A stretch of DNA of 24,000 bases, taken from positions 57,287 to 81,286 of the forward strand of contig CAVPMA010000017.1 of the NCBI GenBank assembly GCA_963706315.1, read 5' to 3'. This DNA is from an uncultured Thermoleophilia bacterium. Lineage in GTDB: Bacteria > Actinomycetota > Thermoleophilia > Miltoncostaeales > Miltoncostaeaceae. Under the pieces are notes generated by a model, which saw only the letters and a program-made list of their open reading frames with translations, did no database searches and was not told where the DNA came from. This document shows, in pieces, positions 1 to 6,702 of the stretch. Positions within the stretch are counted from its first letter, which is position 1. Every line of letters starts with the position of its first letter. The position numbers and the translations under genes are program-made.

Positions 1-252
1 CGACGGGACGGCGTATCGCTCCTCGATGTCGGCGGTCGCCGTCAGGCGGGGGTCGTCGTCCGGTACGCGGTCCGCGTCGACGAGCAGCGCCTCGGGACGC
101 AGGCCCGCGACGAGCGCGGCGTCGATGAGGTCCTCGCCCTCGAGCACGACGAGGCGCCGGTCCCGGCGAACGCGCTTCGTCTCCAGCGCCCGCACCAGGG
201 CGAGCGCCGGGTTCCGGGACGAGCTAACCCGCCGCAGCGGCCGTGCGCGCAT
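1..252 (-). CDS. TrmH/SpoU-family RNA methyltransferase, N-terminal part (continues past window start)
   Basis: Absent from the ORF track because there is no stop in the window. My reverse-strand translation from ATG 252..250 gives [58 protein letters not shown]... This resembles the SpoU substrate-binding N-terminus (NP..V..L...K.R....F..EG..L..EAL). It lies directly downstream of rplT, like the tsnR-like gene in mycobacterial infC-rpmI-rplT clusters. The start (ATG 252 or GTG 255) overlaps the rplT 3' end and is uncertain. Confidence 0.6.
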   Translation of the reverse strand, partial: MRARPLRRVSSSRNPALALVRALETKRVRRDRRLVVLEGEDLIDAALVAGLRPEALLVDADRVPDDDPRLTATADIEERYAVPS

Positions 253-595
253 CACGGGCGCGCGCGCAGAGCTGGGCGAACGCCTCCGGCTCGTGCGTTG
301 CCAGGTCGGCAAGCATCTTGCGGTTGAGTTCCACGCCGGCGAGCGACATGCCGTGCATGAACTCCGAGTAGGTCAGGCCGTTGAGGCGCGACGCCGCGTT
401 GATGCGGGCGATCCACAGGCGGCGGAAGTCGCGCTTACGGACCCGCCGGTCGCGGTAGGCGTAGCGCAGCGACCGCTGCAATTGCTCCTTTGCGCGACGG
501 TAGGAGCTCTTCTTGGTGCCGAAGTACCCACGAGCCTGGGCGAGCACCTTGCGGCGCTTCTTGCGGGCGCTGACGGAGCGCTTGACGCGGGCCAT
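224..595 (-). CDS. rplT: 50S ribosomal protein L20
   Basis: 123-aa [71 protein letters not shown]..., an unmistakable L20 sequence. It abuts the rpmI stop with no gap. Confidence 0.97.
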   Translation of the reverse strand: MARVKRSVSARKKRRKVLAQARGYFGTKKSSYRRAKEQLQRSLRYAYRDRRVRKRDFRRLWIARINAASRLNGLTYSEFMHGMSLAGVELNRKMLADLATHEPEAFAQLCARARDARTAAAAG

Positions 596-793
596 CTACC
601 GCCTCCCCAGCAGGCGCAGCACGTGCTTGGTGTTGACCGGGTCGAGCTCGTCGTTGGAGCCGAGCTGGCGCTTCTTCTTCCCGGTCATGTTCTCGAGGTT
701 GTGACGCTTGCCCGAGTGGACGTACATCACCTTGCCCTTGGGCGTCACTTTGAACCGCTTCGACGCCGAGCGGTTGGTCTTCATCTTCGGCAT
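596..793 (-). CDS. rpmI: 50S ribosomal protein L35
   Basis: 65-aa ORF MPKMKTNRSASKRFKVTPKGKVMYVHSGKRHNLE..., the canonical L35 N-terminus. It sits between infC and rplT as in the conserved operon. Confidence 0.97.
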   Translation of the reverse strand: MPKMKTNRSASKRFKVTPKGKVMYVHSGKRHNLENMTGKKKRQLGSNDELDPVNTKHVLRLLGRR

Positions 794-795
794 GG

Positions 796-1458
796 CTATT
801 CCGTGGTTGTCGCGTTGGCCGCAGTGGCGGTGTCCCCGGCCGCGTCCTGCGGCTGGTCCGCCGGTTCCGCGGGCGCTTGGGGCGCTGCCCCGTCATTGCC
901 CTTGGAGGCCGCCTGCTTGAGCGGAGCAAGCATCATAATCATGTTTCGGCCGTCGAGGTTGGGTTTGCTCTCGACAAGTGCCAAGTCCTTGAGCTCTTCG
1001 GCGAGCTGATTGAGGATGCGCTCGCCCCGATCGGCGTGCATCACCTCGCGCCCACGGAACATGATCGTGACCTTGACCTTGTCGCGCGCCCTGAGGAAAC
1101 GCTCGACATGACCCTTCTTCGTCGCGTAGTCGTGCGGGTCGATCTTGGGCCGGAACTTGATCTCCTTGATCGTGATCGTGCTCTGGTGCTTGCGGGCCTG
1201 CTTGGCCTTCTGCTCCTGGTCGTAGCGCCACTTGCCGTAGTCCATGATGCGGCAGACCGGCGGCTGCGCGTCGGGCGCGATCTCGACGAGGTCGAGGTCC
1301 TGGTCGGCGGACAGCTCGAGCGCTTTGCGCAGCGGCACGATGCCGACGTTGGTCCCGTCGGCGTCGATCAGGCGGACGCTCTCGCCACGGATCGCCTCGT
1401 TGATTCGGGTCGACGGTCCCGGCGGCGGCCGAGTATCCGGACCGCGCCTAGGAGGCAC
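796..1458 (-). CDS. infC: Translation initiation factor IF-3
   Basis: The core INEAIRGESVRLIDADGTNVGIVPLRKALELSADQDLDLVEIAPDAQPPVCRIMDYGKWRYDQEQKAKQARKHQ... is typical IF-3. GTG 1458 is the only canonical start, because an in-frame TGA lies 7 codons upstream. A non-canonical ATC at 1404..1402, just before INE, cannot be excluded since infC often uses unusual starts. The C-terminus has a roughly 40-aa Ala/Pro/Gln/Thr-rich tail. Confidence 0.92.
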   Translation of the reverse strand: MPPRRGPDTRPPPGPSTRINEAIRGESVRLIDADGTNVGIVPLRKALELSADQDLDLVEIAPDAQPPVCRIMDYGKWRYDQEQKAKQARKHQSTITIKEIKFRPKIDPHDYATKKGHVERFLRARDKVKVTIMFRGREVMHADRGERILNQLAEELKDLALVESKPNLDGRNMIMMLAPLKQAASKGNDGAAPQAPAEPADQPQDAAGDTATAANATTTE

Positions 1459-1761
1459 GCGGAGCCTTGCTCGTTGTCAGGCCGGTCCTCCGGGACGTCG
1501 GGAGGGCGCGCTCACGGACGGGCACGGGTGTTGCAAGGTGTCGTTGGAGGCGCAAGTCACGTTCAAGTGCGTCGAGGATAGCAGCGCTCGTCGGGCGCGT
1601 GAAGCGACGGCCGAGCCACCGCCCGTTCGCCGGCGGGTCGTGACGAAAGGCCCAAACCACCCGGGTGGTGACTTGGACGCCGGGCGAACGATCGAGCGGC
1701 CGGGTGCTGCCACCCTGCCGGTACCGCCCAGACGACTCGCCCGAGCGAGAGGAGCATCGCC

Positions 1762-2196
1762 ATGAAGCTCGTACGAAGGATCGCAACACCTGGGTGGGGC
1801 GCCCGCGGCCGCCCGCGGGGCCTGTCGCTCGCGCGGAGCGCGCCGCCCGGCGCCGACGAGGCGACGGTCTGCTACCTGATGGACGTCGCCCACGCGGCGC
1901 TCGGCTCCGAGGACCTCGCTGCGGTGCTGGTGGTCGTGCTCCGGGATGCGGAGCTCATACGCCGCGGCTCGCTCCCGGCCCGGCCGCGGGGACGCCTGCG
2001 AGAGGGTCGCCCGAGCCTCACCCCCGCGGCGCGCGCGTTCATGCGCCCGATCCGGCTCGCCCTCGACGACGTCGCGCGCGAGGCCCTGCGCGCGGGGACC
2101 GACCAGATCGCGGCGCTCGGTGAGCGGGTCCGGGCCCACGCGGAGTTCCTCGCCGCGCTGCCGCGAGGCTGCGCGGTCGTCGTCACGTCCGTGTGA
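1762..2196 (+). CDS. Hypothetical protein (144 aa)
   Basis: ATG preceded by GAGAGGAGCATCGCC, which places GGAG 8 nt upstream. GC3 is very high from about codon 40 on, and the residues look amphipathic and protein-like (MDVAHAALGSEDLAAVLVVVLRDAELIRRG...). I recognise no family. The antisense ORF 1477..2139 also has high GC3 but reads as Arg-rich noise. The 3' end overlaps the convergent oxidoreductase gene by 14 nt. Confidence 0.4.
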   Translation: MKLVRRIATPGWGARGRPRGLSLARSAPPGADEATVCYLMDVAHAALGSEDLAAVLVVVLRDAELIRRGSLPARPRGRLREGRPSLTPAARAFMRPIRLALDDVAREALRAGTDQIAALGERVRAHAEFLAALPRGCAVVVTSV

Positions 2197-3265
2197 GCCG
2201 GAACGGCCCGAGGTCCACGGAGGGTTCCCGGCCGACCGCGAGCTCCCCCGCCGCGGCCGCCACCACCGGCGCGAACTTGAAGCCGTGGCCGCTGAAACCG
2301 GCGCACACGACGGTTCCGTCGTCGAGCCGGTCGACGACGGGATCCTCGGTGGGGGTCATGGCGTAGAAGCACACGTCGGCGCGCACGATCCGCGCCTCGC
2401 CGGCAGTGAGCCCGAAGCGGGTGCGGGCGTAGTCCTGGATCGCGGCGAGTTCGGCCTCGCGTGCGACCCGTTGGCGGGGGTCGTCGGGATCGCCGTCCGG
2501 CCCGGTGAGGTGCGCGCCGATCTTCATGCCGAGCCCGTCGTGCGCCGGCATGCCGTACATCGCGAACGGCGCGCCGTCGCCGAACACCGGGATGTCTCGT
2601 GGCCCGCCGGCGAGGTATGCGGTGAGCTGGCGAGTGGGGCGGATGGGAAGCTGCGGGAAGAGCCGGGCCGACCACGCACCCGCGGTGAGGACGACGACGT
2701 CCGCGTCGACACGAGCGCCGGAGGCCAGATCGGCGCCGGCGACGTCGACCCGCTCGACGCGATCCGTGAGCAGCGACACGCCCGCCGCCCGGGCGAGGCC
2801 CGCCACCGTGACCGTCGCGCGGTTTGCGAACAGGTACCCGCCGACGGGGTTGAACGCGCCCCACGCGATCCCCTCGGGCCGGATCGCCGGCCACCTGCCG
2901 GCGATGTCCGCCGGGGGGAGCTCCGTGCCGCCGGCACCGAGGCCGGCGGTGGCGGCGAGACTGTCGCGCTCCCAGACCCCGTCCTGACCGTCCGGCACGA
3001 GGAAGAGCACGCCGACTTCCCGGTAGAGGTCGGCCGTCGTGGCGGCCTCGATCTCGCGCCAGCGGGAGCGCGCCCGAAGCGTGAGCTCGCTGTAATGCTC
3101 CTCGCGCCCGTACTCGAGCCGCAGCACCCGCGTCGTGCCGCCGGACGCCCGCTCGGCATCGTCGACCGGACGGGGGTCCACCACGGTCACGGCGGCGCCG
3201 AGCTCCGCGAGCCGCAGGGCGCAACTCCAGCCGTAGATCCCCCCGCCGATCACGAGCGCACGCAC
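2183..3265 (-). CDS. FAD-dependent oxidoreductase, DAO family (sarcosine/glycine oxidase-like)
   Basis: N-terminal Rossmann motif MRALVIGGGIYGWSCALRLAELGAAVTVVD, and C-terminal GFSGHGFKFAPVVAAAAGELA typical of monomeric sarcosine-oxidase-like flavoenzymes. GTG start. Confidence 0.85.
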   Translation of the reverse strand: MRALVIGGGIYGWSCALRLAELGAAVTVVDPRPVDDAERASGGTTRVLRLEYGREEHYSELTLRARSRWREIEAATTADLYREVGVLFLVPDGQDGVWERDSLAATAGLGAGGTELPPADIAGRWPAIRPEGIAWGAFNPVGGYLFANRATVTVAGLARAAGVSLLTDRVERVDVAGADLASGARVDADVVVLTAGAWSARLFPQLPIRPTRQLTAYLAGGPRDIPVFGDGAPFAMYGMPAHDGLGMKIGAHLTGPDGDPDDPRQRVAREAELAAIQDYARTRFGLTAGEARIVRADVCFYAMTPTEDPVVDRLDDGTVVCAGFSGHGFKFAPVVAAAAGELAVGREPSVDLGPFRLTRT

Positions 3266-3307
3266 GGCGCACTGATACCACGCGGTGACGGGCGCCGCGT
3301 CGCGATG

Positions 3308-3350
3308 CCAGAAACACCGAAAGCCAGTCCGCCTTGGGCGGAGCCGGCTT
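3308..3350 (-). terminator. Putative intrinsic terminator downstream of ssrA
   Basis: Minus-strand RNA reads AAGCC-GGC-UCCGCC-CAA-GGCGGA-CU-GGCUU: a 5-bp plus 6-bp interrupted stem followed by UUUCGGUGUUUCU. It starts 9 nt after the tmRNA discriminator base. Confidence 0.5.
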
Positions 3351-3358
3351 TCGATGAG

Positions 3359-3721
3359 TGGACCCGGCCGGTACTGCCCCGGCGTCCGAAAGTGCTCTTG
3401 AAACGACTTCTCCGAGCGCAGCCGTCGATGGCTGTCTCACGAAGGGCGTCACCGTCGGCCAACCGTCCCTTCGCCAGGCTTCCCTGTTGTCTCGCCCCTC
3501 CGCCGGAAACCGCTGCTTCGGGGCCAGAATCGCTGAGCGACACCGGTGATCCCTCCCGCGATTCGAGGAGGGTCCGATGGCTTAACTACCGGTGTTTAGG
3601 CGGCGTAAGCGAGCTGACGAGAGTTCGCAGCTACGTTTGGTTCCCGGTTGTTAACGCGGTCCACCGGGTCCGCGGCTCGCTAATCGTTCCCGTCCCACCT
3701 CGTCGAAACTGTTTCGGGCCC
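3359..3721 (-). ncRNA. ssrA: tmRNA (SsrA RNA), about 363 nt, CCA not encoded
   Basis: The reverse complement reads GGGCCCGAAACAGTTTCGACGAGGTGGG...tag ORF...CACTTTCGGACGCCGGGGCAGTACCGGCCGGGTCCA. The 5' GGGCCCG pairs fully with the 3' CGGGTCC, including the G3:U wobble of tRNA-Ala. The T-arm GCCGG/CCGGC directly abuts the acceptor strand. The GTTTCGAC D-loop analogue and the TTTCGGAC helix-2 closing sequence match the E. coli and M. tuberculosis tmRNA layout. An internal alanine-initiated tag frame ends in TAA, and smpB lies 4 kb away. Confidence 0.9.
3596..3631 (-). other. tmRNA tag-peptide reading frame, (A)ANSRQLAYAA-stop
   Basis: GCT GCG AAC TCT CGT CAG CTC GCT TAC GCC GCC TAA, preceded by CCAAACGTA (compare CCAAATAAGC before the M. 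tuberculosis resume codon). Whether the resume codon is the first GCT or the following GCG cannot be decided from sequence. Confidence 0.7.
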
Positions 3722-3732
3722 TTACCCCACCG

Positions 3733-3741
3733 ATGGTAGCA
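3733..3741 (-). promoter_or_regulatory. Candidate extended -10 element (TGcTACCAT) for ssrA
   Basis: In the 54-nt gap between the upstream CDS stop (3776) and the mature tmRNA 5' end (3721). TACCAT fits TANNNT and is preceded by TGn. It lies 11 nt upstream of the mature 5' G, which implies a short leader starting near GGGG 3728..3725 that RNase P would trim. No convincing -35. Confidence 0.3.
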
Positions 3742-3775
3742 CCGGGCTCGAAACGCTCCGACGTCCGAGCGCCCT

Positions 3776-4477
3776 CTAGGCGGCGAGCACCTCGCGAACG
3801 CGGTCCGGCGTCGCGCCGAGGCCGGAGAGGATCTCGGCGGCGTCGCCCCCGTCGACCACCAGGCCGAGGAGGATGTGCTCCGCGCCGATCTCGCCGTCGC
3901 GTCCCCGGGGTGCCTCCTGGATCGCACGGGAAAGCACTCGCCGCGCCGCTTGCGTGAACGGTCGGCGGCCAGGGGCCCCTGCCGGGCCCGAGCCGAGACG
4001 GTCGGTGACCGCCGCGACGACGGCATCGCGTGTGATACCGAGGCCGGTAAGGGCCGTCGCCGCCCGGGACTGCTCGCCCCGCCCGGTGAGGCTGATGAGC
4101 AGGTGCTCGGTCCCGACGCGACGGTGGCCGAGGGCCGCCGATTCGTCGATGGCGCCGCCGACCACGTCGCGGGCCTCCTGGGTGAAGCGCTCGAAGGGCA
4201 CGAAGCCCCGTAGGCGCCGGTGCACCCGGTGGCCGTGCATACCCTGTCCCCCACGGCCCCGTCCGCTCGAGCCGTCGACCGGCTCCACGATCTGGTGGAC
4301 CCGCTGGTGGCTCAGCCCGAGGGCGTCGGCGATCTCGCGGAGCGACCCGCCGGCGGCGTGCAGCCTGCGGATGGTGTGGTGGTAGTCGACACGCGCGACC
4401 TCGGCGGAATGCTGCAGATCGAGGAGCCGGTCGCGCGCCTGCTCCGCCTGTGTGAGCGTGTCCTTGTCCAGTGTCAT
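3776..4477 (-). CDS. ClpC2-like protein: N-terminal helical/HTH region plus Clp N-terminal (Clp_N repeat) domain
   Basis: The C-terminal half has two Clp_N repeats (FERFTQEARDVVGGAIDESAALGHRRVGTEHLLISL... and PFTQAARRVLSRAIQEAPRGRDGEIGAEHILLGLV...). The N-terminal part has an HTH-like segment, GGSLREIADALGLSHQRVHQIV. Size and architecture resemble mycobacterial ClpC2 (Rv2667). I prefer ATG 4477 (MTLDKDTLTQ...), which has AAAGGAAC 9-16 nt upstream, over the track's longer start at 4537. Confidence 0.8.
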   Translation of the reverse strand: MTLDKDTLTQAEQARDRLLDLQHSAEVARVDYHHTIRRLHAAGGSLREIADALGLSHQRVHQIVEPVDGSSGRGRGGQGMHGHRVHRRLRGFVPFERFTQEARDVVGGAIDESAALGHRRVGTEHLLISLTGRGEQSRAATALTGLGITRDAVVAAVTDRLGSGPAGAPGRRPFTQAARRVLSRAIQEAPRGRDGEIGAEHILLGLVVDGGDAAEILSGLGATPDRVREVLAA

Positions 4478-4507
4478 CACTGTCTGTTCCTTTCGTTCAA
4501 TGTGGCA

Positions 4508-4537
4508 ATCGTAGTAGACACTCCCTCCGGGTGTCAA
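4508..4537 (-). promoter_or_regulatory. Candidate sigma-70-type promoter TTGACA-N18-TACGAT for the ClpC2-like gene
   Basis: The minus strand reads TTGACA (4537..4532), an 18-nt spacer, then TACGAT (4513..4508). This leaves a leader of roughly 25-30 nt containing the AGGA Shine-Dalgarno before ATG 4477. Confidence 0.4.
4517..4535. repeat. Inverted repeat GACAC-N9-GTGTC overlapping the -35 above
   Basis: Read directly: GACAC (4517..4521), tccctccgg, GTGTC (4531..4535). It could be an operator, for example for the adjacent HTH protein, but the arms are only 5 bp. Confidence 0.25.
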
Positions 4538-4594
4538 ACGACATAGACGCCGCTGCCGTGGTGTGGCTCACCGTCGGGCGGATGACGCGGGGCA

Positions 4595-4600
4595 TAGACT
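4595..4600 (+). promoter_or_regulatory. Candidate -10 (TAGACT) placed for a leaderless lutA transcript
   Basis: TAGACT fits TANNNT and ends 6 nt before the lutA GTG (4607). No SD is visible in between. CATAGAC occurs twice, at 4542..4548 and 4593..4599. No good -35. Confidence 0.3.
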
Positions 4601-4606
4601 CGGCGC

Positions 4607-5317
4607 GTGCGCGTCATGCTCATGCGAACCTGCCTCGTCGATCACGTCGCGCCCGGCGTCGCGCGATCGGCGCAGCGCGCGCTGCAGCGGCTGGGCGTCG
4701 CGGTCGCCGTCCCAAAGGCGCAGACCTGCTGCGGCCAGCCCGGCTGGAGCGCCGGTCACCCCGATCAGGCCCGGCAGGTCGCCCGCCAGGCGCTGCGGGC
4801 GTTCGCGGGAACGGATCCGGTGGTGGTGCCGTCGGGCTCCTGCGCGGCGATGGTGACCCACGGCTACCCCGAGCTGTTCGCCGGGCAGCCGGAGGAGGCC
4901 GCCGCCAACGCCATGGCGGGACGCACGTACGAGCTCACGCAGTTCATCCGGCGGGAGGGCCTCGCCCCCACCTCCGCCCACGATGCCCCGGCCAGCGTGA
5001 CGTACCACGACTCCTGCCACATGCTGCGACTGCTCGGAGAGCGCGAAAGCCCCCGGGCCGTGATCGGCGCGACGGGCGTCGAGCTGGTCGAGATGGCCGA
5101 CACCAACGTGTGCTGCGGGTTCGGCGGCGCATTCTCCGTCACGTTCCCGGAGGTCTCCGGCGCGCTCGGCGAGCAGAAGGCCCGCAACGCGGCGGCCTCA
5201 GGCGCCGACGAGCTCGTGGCCTGCGACCTGTCGTGCCTGATGCACATCGTCGGCCGCGGCCGCCGCGTGGGCGTGCCGCTCCGTGCCCGGCACATCGCGG
5301 ACCTGCTCGGCGGATGA
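4607..5317 (+). CDS. lutA: Lactate utilization protein A, (Fe-S)-binding CCG-domain oxidoreductase subunit
   Basis: MRVMLMRTCLVDHVAPGVARSAQRALQRLGV...CCGQPGW...CCGFGGAFSV... matches the LutA/YkgE pattern (MKVALFVTCLVD..., two CCG motifs). The stop overlaps the lutB ATG (ATGA). Confidence 0.9.
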   Translation: MRVMLMRTCLVDHVAPGVARSAQRALQRLGVAVAVPKAQTCCGQPGWSAGHPDQARQVARQALRAFAGTDPVVVPSGSCAAMVTHGYPELFAGQPEEAAANAMAGRTYELTQFIRREGLAPTSAHDAPASVTYHDSCHMLRLLGERESPRAVIGATGVELVEMADTNVCCGFGGAFSVTFPEVSGALGEQKARNAAASGADELVACDLSCLMHIVGRGRRVGVPLRARHIADLLGG

Positions 5318-6702
5318 GCAGCGACGTCACCTACGACGACGGGCGGACGCTGCGGGAGCGCACCGCGGCCGCCGTGAACGACGCGCAGCTGCGGGCCAAC
5401 CTCGATGCCGCTGCTCGGAGCTTTGCCACTGGCCGTGAGCGGATGCGCGACGGGTTCGGGTTCGACGAGATGCGCGACCGCGCGCGCGAGATCCGCACCG
5501 ACAACATCCGGCGGCTCCCGGAGCTCCTGACGCAGCTCGAGGAGCGCGTGCGCGCGGCCGGCGGCACCGTCTTCCGCGCGGCGGATCGGGACGCGGCCGC
5601 GCGGTACGTCGTCGACCTCGCACGTGCGCGCGGCGCCAGGCTCGTCGCCAAGTCGAAGTCGATGGCCACGGAGGAGATCAAGCTCAACGAGGCCCTCGAG
5701 GAGGCCGGCGTACGGGTCGTGGAGACCGACCTCGGCGAGTGGATCCTGCAGCTGGCCGGTCAGCGACCGTCGCACATCATCGCCCCCGCCGTGCATCTGA
5801 ACCGCGGCGAGATCGCCGAGCTCTTCCGCGCCGAGAGCGGCGAGGACCTGCCCGACGATCGGGAGGCGCTGGTCGCCTACGCGCGCCGGCGCCTGCGCGA
5901 GGACTTCGCCGCCGCCGAGATCGGCGTGAGCGGCGTGAACCTCGCGGTGGCCGACACCGGTACGCTCTGCGTGATGGAGAACGAGGGGAACGCGCGGCTG
6001 GTGACGGCGCTCCCCCGGATCCACGTCGCGGTGATGGGCGCCGAGCGCGTCGTCGCCGACTGGGACGAGGCCGCGCACATCCTCCAGCTCCTGCCGATGG
6101 CCGCGATCGGCGACGACGCCAGCACGTACGTCAACCTCATCACCGGCCCGCGCCAGGCCGGCGAGACCGACGGCCCGGAGGAGCTCCACCTCGTGATCCT
6201 GGACGGCGGGCGCACCGCCCTGCGGGGCACCGAGTTCGAGGAGGCCCTGCACTGCATCCGGTGCGGCGCGTGCCTGTACTCCTGCCCGATGTGGAAGACC
6301 GTCGGCGGTCAGGCTTACGGGTCGCCGTACTCCGGGCCGATCGGCGCGGTCATCACTCCACTGCTCGAGGGGACCTCGTCGCCCCGCGGAAGCGAGCTTC
6401 CGTTCCTCTCCTCGATCTGCGGGGCCTGCCACGAGGCCTGCCCGGTCGGCATCCCGCTGCACGACCTGCTCGTGCGCATCCGCGGCGCGGTCAGCACACC
6501 CGCCCACCGCCGCGCCCGGTTCGGCGCCCGGATCTGGGCGGCCGCATGGCGCCGGCCCCTGACCTACCGCGCGGGGCTCGCCGTCTCCCGGGGGCTGATG
6601 CGGCTCCTCGGTCGAGATGGGTGGATCCAGCGTTTGCCCGGCCCGGCCGGACGGTGGACCTCGCAGCGCGACCTGCCGACGCGATGGCCGCCGACGCCCT
6701 GA
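5314..6702 (+). CDS. lutB: Lactate utilization protein B, 4Fe-4S ferredoxin-type subunit
   Basis: This is the C-terminal 462 aa of track ORF 4471..6702, starting MSSDVTYDDGRTLRERTAAAVNDAQLRANLD. It carries two ferredoxin-type Cys clusters (CIRCGACLYSCPMW and CGACHEACPVGIP) and an LUD domain, typical of LutB/YkgF. The ATG is coupled to the lutA stop. Confidence 0.9.
   Translation: MSSDVTYDDGRTLRERTAAAVNDAQLRANLDAAARSFATGRERMRDGFGFDEMRDRAREIRTDNIRRLPELLTQLEERVRAAGGTVFRAADRDAAARYVVDLARARGARLVAKSKSMATEEIKLNEALEEAGVRVVETDLGEWILQLAGQRPSHIIAPAVHLNRGEIAELFRAESGEDLPDDREALVAYARRRLREDFAAAEIGVSGVNLAVADTGTLCVMENEGNARLVTALPRIHVAVMGAERVVADWDEAAHILQLLPMAAIGDDASTYVNLITGPRQAGETDGPEELHLVILDGGRTALRGTEFEEALHCIRCGACLYSCPMWKTVGGQAYGSPYSGPIGAVITPLLEGTSSPRGSELPFLSSICGACHEACPVGIPLHDLLVRIRGAVSTPAHRRARFGARIWAAAWRRPLTYRAGLAVSRGLMRLLGRDGWIQRLPGPAGRWTSQRDLPTRWPPTP

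Noticed and set aside
26-1009. Long ORFs in alternative frames or antisense to recognised genes. Examples: 26..1009+, 1477..2139-, 1872..3452-, 1946..3739+, 4864..6756-, 8044..9141-, 8301..10610+, 14014..15795-, 17511..18779-, 18805..19641-, 20638..21903-, 22274..23167+.
   Set aside because: Their translations are Arg/Pro/Gly/Ala-rich low-complexity strings with no motifs. They overlap genes with unmistakable homology. Open frames of this kind are expected in roughly 70% GC DNA, where stop codons are rare.
1712-1730. Imperfect direct repeat of the tmRNA 3' T-arm/acceptor segment. ACCCTGCCGGTACCGCCCA at 1712..1730 matches ACCCGGCCGGTACTGCCCC at 3362..3380 at 16 of 19 positions. It could be a decayed att site of an ssrA-targeting island bracketing the oxidoreductase and hypothetical genes.
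   Set aside because: The match is short, was found post hoc in GC-rich sequence and centres on a palindromic CGGTACCG. There is no integrase, excisionase or compositional shift in the 1.6 kb between the copies. It needs a proper statistical repeat search before being believed.
3725-3728. GGGG at 3728..3725 as the tmRNA 5' end (the usual GGGG start).
   Set aside because: GGGGUAA has no complementary 3' strand next to a T-arm. GGGCCCG (from 3721) pairs perfectly with CGGGUCC immediately after the T-stem. The GGGG is more likely at or near the transcription start of a short precursor leader.
4478-4537. The longer start (4537, MTPGGSVYYDCHIERKEQTV...) for the ClpC2-like gene.
   Set aside because: It has no SD and its codon usage is atypical. 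The predicted TTGACA-N18-TACGAT promoter would lie inside it. ATG 4477 has an AGGA-containing SD at proper spacing.
4471-5313. N-terminal 281 aa of track ORF 4471..6702 (743 aa) as part of LutB.
   Set aside because: This part is Arg/Gly-rich noise that overlaps lutA in another frame. LutB homology begins at MSSDVTYDD (ATG 5314), which is coupled to the lutA stop.
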